In this document: positions 54,030 through 64,000 of the stretch, piece by piece | Position numbering within the stretch: the stretch's first letter is position 1 | How the letters are laid out: the number at the start of each line of letters is the position of its first letter | From: Octopus sinensis | Lineage: Eukaryota | NCBI RefSeq assembly: GCF_006345805.1 | Contig: NC_043015.1 | Coordinates: 372,001 to 436,000, forward strand | DNA length: 64,000 nt | Direction of reading: 5' to 3' | Notes under the pieces: generated by a model | What the model was told of the DNA's origin: nothing | Database searches by the model: none | What the model saw: the letters and a program-made list of their open reading frames with translations, nothing else | Translations under genes and position numbers: made by a program

Positions 54030-55382
54030 ATACTCACCGATAAACCCTCGACTGGTCTTTCGGGATGCTAAAAATATTAGTCAAAATAGTCCTCAAATCA
54101 TATCCGACTATTTTTAAAATGGTTAATAATACATTAGACAGTATATTTTCTGATATTTGAAAACACACCGGTGAATTTTCACGGCTTGAACGCATATACA
54201 CATACGCCTGCTAGATCAATACTGACCTATAACTAAACATCAGCAACAAGAACATGAAAAGAAAAAAAAAAGTAATATTATAGGATTCCTATAAAAGTTT
54301 TGTTGTTCAATTTTCACACACGACACATTAAAATTTTATTGATTGATTCGAACATCGTACTTTTCATGACTACATCAGGTTATATTTTATAGTTTGTGCA
54401 GGGTCGATGCTACGCACTGGTATAACCATGAGATCATTTAGAGCTATAAAATATGAGTCCTCTACAAGAGACCAATGAAACATTTCAAATTTTATATCAG
54501 ATAACTGATTTTCCTGGTTATATGCTTAATCATAAAAATTATAGCTTTCTATTTAGAAAGTTGTTTATAAAACTCTGACTGTTTTTCGGCTGTTGTAAGG
54601 ATAGCAACGTAAGCTGCGTTAAAAACAGGAGATAAGAATATTAATTTTGCAGCATAATTTGGGTCTGGTTTAAGAGCACTGAATACCCTTGCAACGGCCC
54701 TATGTTTGTGTTTTTAATTTCTGTATATCATTAAACAATCTTGACGTAGATACGTGTAAGTTTCAACATCTGTCAGATGACGTGTACTAGAAATGCTGCA
54801 CATAAAATAAGTGAATGCTAAAAGGCTGGCGTTGTGGGGTTGCAATATGGGTCCAGTTGTTAGTGTAAACTCTCTTGATTTGTTATATTTCTTATTACTT
54901 TTTGCTTTGCTTCCATCTTGAATTTGGAGAATTGAACGGGGGCATCACAGAGTGGAATTAAAGGAAGATCGTTGCACTTAGAAATCTATCTGTACCTCAT
55001 TTCTTCCAATGGGTACAGAACACGAACACACTTTTATCTACAATGTGGAGATTATCACCCGGGTTCCAATATAGCGTTTAGAGTTCCATATAATATTTTG
55101 TTATTCAAATTTATGTGCAATAAATTGTTTATAATTCCACAATAATATATATATATATATATACAAAATAAGAAAATGGAGAAATACATCCTTCTCCATT
55201 TCCTTATTTTGTATTATGAATTTGTGGTAAAACATTTTACCTTTGCCCATATAATACAGTAAATGAATTAATTGCATCGCAATTCTTAACATTATGTATT
55301 AACTTTGTTGGGTACTTCACTAGCAGTATATTGGATATATGATTTCCCATGGAGGGTTGCATTTACAACCCCTATATCAATT

Positions 55383-55447
<65 letters not shown>

Positions 55448-55449
<2 letters not shown>

Positions 55450-55630
55450 TTTAATTAAAAGCAGCAGAAATTCAACAAAATCTGTTACTCGGAGTTTCAC
55501 GTTCACGTTCGTCGGACAGTTTTGATAACAAATTTCTGCTGCTTTTAAATAAAGCATATTACTCTACCCCTGGTATTTGAGTACTCTTTTTTCCACCTTG
55601 TTTCACAATCATGTGTTTACTCCGGTATAT
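55448..55630. mobile_element. Penelope-like pseudo-LTR fragment flanked by (TA)n with short inverted arms
   Basis: AAAGCAGCAGAAATT...AATTTCTGCTGCTTT arms; distal part nearly identical to 10765-10850; contains a hammerhead motif. Confidence 0.65.
55482..55519 (-). ncRNA. Minimal type I hammerhead ribozyme motif (variant core)
   Basis: 5'-CUGU CCGACGA ACG-UGAA-CGU GAA ACUC-C-GAGU A ACAG-3': stems I-III pair, GUA cleavage triplet; deviations U4C and an A-U first pair in stem II. Confidence 0.65.
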
Positions 55631-55644
55631 ATATATATATATAT

Positions 55645-55946
55645 AGGCGTAAGTGTGGCTGCGTGGTAAGTAGCTTGCCTACCGACCACACGGTTCCGGG
55701 TTCAGTCCCACTGCGTGGCACCTTGGGTAAGTGTCTTCTACTCTTCGAATTTTGGAACAAGGCCAGCAATTTCACAAATGAGTGTAAGGCGTTTACATCG
55801 ACATTTTTCTCTCACTCTTTCCTCCTGCATCTTGCAGCTCACCTGCGACAGACCGGCGTCTCGTCCTGGTGGGGAACCTGTACGCCACGCAAACCGGGAA
55901 ACCGGCCCTTATGAGCCAGGGATGGCTCGAGAAGGAACAAAACAAC
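55645..55946. mobile_element. Mosaic of SINE A head, inverted SINE B piece and SINE C tail
   Basis: A 55645-55740; B minus about 55745-55802; C tail 55804-55946. Confidence 0.75.
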
Positions 55947-56440
55947 TACTGTTGATTGGCAGAGTTTTAACATCGATTCCTGAAAGATAAAAGGCAAAGC
56001 TGACCTCAGTGAGATTTGAACACAGAAAGCTGAGAATCGGATAATGCACTGCATGTCATTCTATCCGATGCTCAACCGACTCTGCCAAGTAGTCGCTGGA
56101 CTGGACTGACTACTACATGACATTCCGTCCGACGCTCTAATTACTCTTGTTTGGTGGTGTTCGCTCATAATTAATCAATCATTTGAAAGGGAGAGAAAAA
56201 AAAAAAAGAAAATGCAAAACAAAACAGGAAAAATAAAACAAAAACAAGCTGCGTGTTACGTCCGTCAGTATATTTCAAACATTTGTTTGAAATATTCATG
56301 TGGAATGTCTGTAACATCCTCGCCGCCTCTCACCCCCACCCGCAATCCCACGCAAGCACATACATTACCTAATCTCTTACATGTACAATCTCACCCCTTT
56401 ACTCTTTCTCCCTTTGGTTATACATACATGCATACATATA

Positions 56441-56476
<36 letters not shown>

Positions 56477-56600
56477 TATATTTATATATATATATACACA
56501 CACATACACATATATATATGAATATATATACATATATATATACGTATATATATGCATATATATATACGTATATATACATATATATATATATACATGCATA

Positions 56601-56631
<31 letters not shown>

Positions 56632-57079
56632 GTATATATGTATATATATATATGTATATATGTATATATATATACATATATATATACATATGTACATATA
56701 TATATACATATATACATATATATATACACACATGCACACATAAATACATTCATGCAAGTTATATGTTATATGTGTATACAGATACATGCATACATACATA
56801 TATGCATACACACGCACATACATACATCAGAGACACACACCTACGCCACCTACGTGCAATATTTCGGCACTTAAAAAAAATCCATGTATATTTAGACACG
56901 CAAACACACACACACACACACACACACACGTCCACTGACACATAGTACGTATGGCCTCATTTATAGATTCCTACACTTGAACATTTACAAATAAATTGTT
57001 ATGAACGTCTATTTTTATATAAAACACGTCAATAATGATGTGATTTCGCTATGATTTTTGTCTCTTAGTCAATAAACCA

Positions 57080-57118
<39 letters not shown>

Positions 57119-59089
57119 TTCTCTCCCTCCCTCCCTCTCTCACTTCATTTCTGTGGCAAAAGTAGTAGAAAGGCAAAGTCAACCTCCCGGGGTTTTCAAA
57201 CTAAAAACGTGATAAAGAAATCAGAATAAAGCTATCATTTTTTCCTTTCATTTTTATCAGGCAGCGAAGGGAGCGTCTAGCTGTTTGGGCGAGCTAGAAA
57301 TAGAAAATAGAAAAATCTCACTAACTTTGAGTCCAGCACCTTAAATTCAAATGAATCATAACTATGATTTTAATTTGATTTTTGCTTCTGTGACTGTTTG
57401 TATAGTGCCATATTTATTCTTGGAGAAAACCTAAGTAATTAAATACATATATCCCTTTCGTTGTATTAGTAGGGAGCCCTTAACAAGGTAACTAAGTAGG
57501 AAGAAGAGAGGGTGTTATACTTTAGTCGGAACCTCACTCAAACTCGTGTGATAGAAGTGACACAGCTAACAGTACATAAAGTAACAGGTCCTCGTATCAA
57601 ACCAGACCATAAAATAGGTCTGATACGCTTTGGTGTGATTTCAACTTCCTTCATAAAGTCTGAGGAAAAAAGACACAGGGCTTCATTTCCGATTCTTTAA
57701 CGATTACACAAATCCACTACCATTCACTAGCACTTCTCTTATTGACCCCAAAATTATGAAGTCTAAGTTGACTACGGTCAGATTTGAACTCATATCAAAG
57801 GAAACTGGGGTATATACCGGAAAGACATTCCCTACGATGATCTACCGATTCTGCTATTTCGTTTGAAGTTCACTTGTTAAAAATTTACACCAGATGGTCT
57901 CAAATCAATTATAAACACATATGGCTTTTAAGTATTTTGTGGCCCGTAAGGGTTTTGAGGTTCTAAGCTGCCGCTTTGTTTTATGTTTCAGGTGGATAAG
58001 TAGTGTCAATGAACCAAAGCCTCAAAGGGTGGTTGGAGGGTGCTATGAAATTAATCTGAATCAGGATCCCTGATCTGAATGCTTAAAATAAAGTGAATTC
58101 GGATAAAGGCAACTAAGTTGCCACGTAGTGGTGTTTAATTGGATGACGTATTGTGTATCAACCAAGTAGGACGTGGTTGGATTTGAAATCAGAACGCAAA
58201 GAAGCGGCAAATATATTGCAAAATATCCAACTCCACGTAATTACTGTTCTATCAATTCCCTATTTTGGGATCATATGTTTTTAATTGATACCGAATGGAT
58301 TACCTCTAAAGAACAATTCAGCTGTATTTGAATTGAGAGCAAAGAAAATCGAAACAACTACCGTGACTCTTGAACCACTCAGCCACTCAGCCCAAGTCGG
58401 TGCGTATGTATGTATGTCTGTGTGCGTGTGCAAATGTGTGTATGCAAAGTTTTTTGTGTTAAAATTATTTACATTATTTATAGGAAGTTAGCGCATGGTC
58501 ATTTGGTAAATTCGGTAACGCACTGGTCACCGCCAGTTAGTCTAATTTCTCCTTATATGTTCTGATTTCAGACAACATCAAGATCTATCTGAGTTGTAGC
58601 ATGTAAAATGCCTGCCTAGTGTTGGAATTGAGGGTAACAAGTAACTCCTTCATTGTTTCCCTTCAGATTTTGCGTGTTATATGCCTAAAACATTAGACAT
58701 TGGTAGACATACGTAATCTTTAGGTGATCGGGAGAAATTTTAAGCTGCGTTTAAGCCTCAGCTCTGTCTTTTCTGAGGTCACCCTTACTTTTCATCTCTC
58801 CAGGCTCTATCGAATAACGTACAGGTGGTCGCGGTTTGGAGTTGTCAATTCCCATTAAAACTGTAAGCTTTGGGATTAAATAAAAAAACAATTCGCTGCC
58901 TGAAGCTTTAGCACTTCCTATAAGATGCTTGGCGGCATTTCTTGCCGCTCGTTACGTTCTGAGTTCAAATTGCACCAAAAGCATCTTAGGTATTCATTCT
59001 ATCTTAGTGCATAAATTAAACAACAGTCCTGTCCTAAAGATTATAATCTCTCCCAAAATTTCAGTCTTTGTGTCTATATTAGAAATTCA

Positions 59090-59220
<131 letters not shown>

Positions 59221-59690
59221 TGAGTGAAAGTGAAAATGACACCGGGATACAAATATACGGAGTCCAATACACCCATCATGCTTAGTCGTCTGAAAATAGT
59301 ACATGAGGTACATGCATCACGACCATACGTGCGTGACATGGTGATCTCATATCATGATAAGCAGCACGTGAACTTGAAGGTGAGACCCAGTCAGGATTCT
59401 TTTATAGGTCGAGTAGCCTATCCCACTCAAAAAGTCTCTGCAAAAGGATTGGTTAAGGATGATGGATGACACACCTGTTTTTCCAGAGGAATATTGTTCA
59501 AGTTCCAAAGAACTACTCCTCTCAATACATGGCTATGATGCCTTGCCACTACTCTTGTACGTGATCAGAAAAACTCATATCGTCGGCCACTAAGAGATAT
59601 GTTCAACTGGATAAGGTCAAGTAACTGAGAAGCAAATCTGTGGTATTCAGCAGAATATTTGCTGTAACCTATTTCTTATACTATGACAAA
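59221..59690 (-). mobile_element. Interspersed repeat, probably a LINE 3' region ending in the (AAT)n tract
   Basis: Abuts the trinucleotide tail; recalled from memory as a recurrent octopus repeat; no protein motif recognised. Confidence 0.4.
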
Positions 59691-59774
59691 ACTTGTACTT
59701 GTTAACACTTCCAATCAATTAACATTAGACGTCATGAGGGCCACTGCTTTTTACGGCATCAAGGCAATGGTGCC

Positions 59775-60400
59775 CTGGCAGAAACGTTAGCACGCCGGGC
59801 GAAATGCTTAGTGGTATTTCGTCTGCGTTACGTTGTGAGTTCAAATTCAGCCGAGGTCGACTTTGCCTTTCATCCTTTCGGGGTCGAGAAATTAAGTACT
59901 AGTTACGCACTGGGGTCGATGTAATAGACTTAATACCTATGTCTGTCCTTGTTTGTCCCCTTTGTGTTTAGCCCCTTGTGGGTAATAAAGAAATAGGTAT
60001 TTCGTTTTCACGTTCTGAGTTCAAATTCCGCCGAGGTCAATTTTGTCTTTCATCCTTCCAGGGTCGATAAATGAAGTGTAAGTGAAACACAGGAATCGAT
60101 ATAATCGACTAGTCCCCTCCCCCAAATTTCAGGCCACGTTCTTTATGTAGAAAGGACTATTATTATTATTATTATTATTTAGAAAGTGGCTAGCTGGACG
60201 AATCGTTAGCACGTCGGAAACAATGTTATACGTTATTTCGTCCGTCGAGACGTTCTCAGTTCAAATTCCACCGAAATTAACTTTACCTTTCATTCTTCAA
60301 GTGTCCACAAAATGAATACCAGTTAAGAACTGGAGATCGATGTAATCGACTTACCTCCACCCCCAGAATAGCTAGCCTTTGCCAAAAGTTGAAATTATTA
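59775..60400 (+). mobile_element. SINE B dimer (59775-60160) followed by a diverged B monomer (60185-60400)
   Basis: Junction GAAATAG|GTATTTCG at about 59990-60004. Confidence 0.88.
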
Positions 60401-60523
60401 TCAACATTATTATTTAGGTGATAAAATAGTAATATCATTAGGACATCGGACTAAATGCTTAGCAGCATTTCCATCGCTGTTTACATCCTTTCAGAGTCGA
60501 CATAATTAATACCAGACAAATCT

Positions 60524-60938
60524 TATTTCTTTATTGCCCACAAGGGGTTAAACATAGAGGGGACTAACAAGGACAGACAAACGGATTAAGTCGATTACAT
60601 CGACCCCAGTGCGTAACTGGTATTAAATTTATCGACTCCGAAATGATGAAAGTCAAAGTCGACTTCGGCGGAGTTTGAACTCAGAACGTAAAGACAGACG
60701 AAATACATATTTCTTTACTACTCACAAGGGGCTAAACACAGAGGAGACAAACAAGGACAGACAGACGCATGAAGACGATTATATCGACCCCAATCGTGTA
60801 ACTAGTACTTATTCTATCGACCCCGAATGGATGAAAGGCAAAGTCGACCTCGGCGGAATTTGAACTCAGAACGTAACGGCAGACAAAATACGGCTACGCA
60901 TTTCGCCCAACCTGCTAACGTTTCTGCCAAGTTCGCCT
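60524..60938 (-). mobile_element. SINE B dimer with head
   Basis: Two bodies; junction at about 60698-60712. Confidence 0.88.
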
Positions 60939-61025
60939 GGAGCCGATGTAATCGACTTTTACCGGACGCCAAATTTCAGGTTTTGTGCCAAGACAACACA
61001 AGATTATTATTACCATATATTATTA

Positions 61026-61093
<68 letters not shown>

Positions 61094-61111
61094 GTTGTTG
61101 TTATTATTATC

Positions 61112-61270
61112 GTCATATCCGGAAAAGTTAAAGTTTTGCGTATGAATTTCTTTGCAATAGACATTCTGCATCGAATCAAGACAATCATCTTGTCTCCACA
61201 TGTCGAAGATCCATGAACACCAGAGTTTTGACGGACTACATGTCTAACTATAAACGATGGTTTTTCTTCA
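61112..61270 (-). mobile_element. Possible second R4/Dong-like 3' end with (AAT)n tail
   Basis: Frame-broken LDSMQ..SIAKKFIRKTL directly before the (AAT)n run; weak. Confidence 0.3.
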
Positions 61271-61369
61271 CCTGTCAATATAAAATGAATTAATCAACGC
61301 ATTACCTGTTAAAGTTATCTTTTAATATCTATTATAATCATCATGATAGCCGTTATCATTCATAACTTT

Positions 61370-62060
<691 letters not shown>

Positions 62061-62634
62061 TAAGATGAGCATGAGATATATATGAATATAAAGATTAAAA
62101 ATAAGAAACTGGATATTGATTGGTTGTATATTTACTGAGCCAAATCAATAACGAGAAGGAAGGAAGAAAGAAAGAAAGAAAGAAAGAAAGGAAGGAAAGA
62201 AGGAAGAAAGGAAGGAAGGAAAGAAGACAGCAAAGCAGATGCTAATGAGACACAGACTAATGAGTGCAGGGTTTTAGTGCTGCAAAATTAAATGAAGAAA
62301 TAAAACAAAAAATAAAAAATAAAAAAATAAATAAATTGTGTGTTTGGAGGAGCAACCATTGACGTCAATGAAACTAGTTCTGTGTGGAGAACCAATGAAA
62401 ATGGAGGATTCTAGTTTGAAAGTTCAGTACACCAGAACTCAGGGTTGATTAAGTACTATAGTTTGAATGAGTTCAGGAGAGCTAAGAAAGTGACCAAGAC
62501 GTTTGGAAGTCTGCCAAATGTCCAGGTGGGTTTTTAAACGTTTTACCATTTACCTTAGCGGTGCTACGGTGCTGCGGTGCTGTGCTTGCCTCATTGACAA
62601 AGTCATTTAACTGAATTTCCTTTAGGTCAGTTGT

Positions 62635-63037
62635 TGTAGTAGTGGTAGTAGTAGTAGTAGCAGCAGCAGCTTTGGTGTTTGTGGTGGTGGTGGTGGTGGT
62701 GGTGGTGATAGTAATAGTAGTACTGGTGGTAGTAGTAGCAGTAGTTGTGGTTGTAGCTTTGGTGTTTGTGATAGTGGTGGTGGTGGTTATAGTAGTAGTA
62801 CTAGTAGTAGTAGTAGTTGCAGCAGCAGCAGTAGTAGTAGTAGTTGCAGCAGCAGCAGTAGTAGTAGTAGTTGCAGCAGCAGCAGTAGTAGTAGTACCAC
62901 TAGTAGTAGTATTAGGAGTGGTGGTGGTGGTGGTGGTAGTAGTAATAGCTTTGGTGTTTGCGATAAAGTTTGTAGTGGTGATAGTATTATTATTCTTATT
63001 ATTATTATTATAATTATTATTATTATTATTATTATTT

Positions 63038-63074
<37 letters not shown>

Positions 63075-63075
63075 A
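62635..63075. repeat. Compound (GTA/GTG/GCA)n minisatellite with recurring AGCTTTGGTGTTTG spacer
   Basis: Spacer at about 62668, 62756 and 62948. Confidence 0.9.
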
Positions 63076-63239
63076 TACTAGAATTTAGCGCCAAGTCGAC
63101 CCGTTTCAGTCAGGCCAGTGCACAAAATGATTTCCAAGCGTGACTATCGCGACGATTTTTTCTTGTTAAATTTTGCATAGTAGCTTCCAGCTCGTACATT
63201 ATCCAATATTTCATTTATCTGCTCCTTTCTTTGAAAACG

Positions 63240-63460
63240 GTGAAGGCGTGTGTCTTGGTGGTCAGAGTGTTGGACTCATGATCGTAAGATTGTAGTTTCG
63301 ATTCGTGGATCGGGTGACGCGTTGTGTTCTTGAGCAAAATACTTCATTTCACGTTGCTCCACTCCACTCAGCTGGCAAGAGGGAGTTATCTTGTGACTGA
63401 CCGGTATCCCGTCCAGGTTGGAAATTATATGCCACAGAAACCGAGAAACCGGTTCTATGA
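63240..63460 (+). mobile_element. SINE D head with V-domain-like tail
   Basis: TGAAGGCGTGTGTC...GTAGTTTCGATTCGTGGATCGG...GTGTTCTTGAGCAAAATACTTCATTTCACGTTGCTCC then GACTGACCGGTATCCCGTCCAGG..AGAAACCGAGAAACCGG. Confidence 0.8.
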
Positions 63461-64000
63461 AAAAGGAATATTTACTTCACTTTCAATTTTTTTTAAAACG
63501 ACCGGACATGATTTATGATGTTTGGCTTCTATATCTAGCAGAGCAAGAAGCCATGAAAATACTCCAAATATGTTTCCAGCCTATATAACAAGGAATTAAT
63601 GCACTTGAAGTTTTATAAATCCGAAACTGTGTTTCCAAAATTTTTCATAAAACAATGATGCATTGACAAACACTGGGCCTTTACTAATTTTGCTGTCTAG
63701 CTGCTGAGACTCGAGAGAGAGGCAGAGATTATGAGCCTTGTATGTCTTTCAAAGCTGGAGAGATTGATGCAGTTAATGTTTTGTTTGAACCGTTGCAGTT
63801 CACCACCGGCAGGAATGACATGAAAGGGCAAGGGGTCCCAGAGGGTCGAAGTTCTTCAGATGATTGGTTGAGTATGGTAATTAGTGCCAAGATATATATA
63901 TATATAGTGAAGTATAAAGCGGAGTCCCAGTGGTGAAGTTACTTTAACAGCCTGATTTTAGGAACCGGAGCTATTATAGGAGCAATGCAAAAGGTAGAGG

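Noticed and set aside
62343-62525. Near-open frame FGGATIDVNE...*FESSVHQ...LPNVQ ending at CAG|GTGGGT
   Set aside because: Internal stop, poor acceptor and no recognisable domain

Overview
AT-rich, repeat-saturated animal genomic DNA with one 100-N scaffold gap. From the repeat families I infer a coleoid cephalopod (octopus-like); this was not database-checked. I cannot support any intact protein-coding gene, tRNA, rRNA or CRISPR array. Most ORFs in the supplied track are translations of microsatellites or SINE bodies; the few informative ones are decayed transposon proteins. The window contains: (i) many copies of at least four tRNA-derived SINE families, called A-D here; (ii) decayed LINE fragments of the RTE, CR1 and R4/Dong types; (iii) a DD37D/maT-like transposase remnant and two TA-flanked MITEs; (iv) Penelope-like pseudo-LTR pieces, one carrying a nearly complete minimal hammerhead ribozyme; (v) several fold-back and tandem rearrangements. 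The best leads are the hammerhead at 55482-55519, the fixed-junction SINE-B multimers, a SINE-head/R4-tail chimera, the SINE-A/CR1 shared 3' end, and a nested inverted-repeat block with CCAAT/octamer/YY1/ETS motifs at 32.6-33.8 kb. Repeat boundaries were read by eye and are approximate unless a TSD or TIR is quoted.
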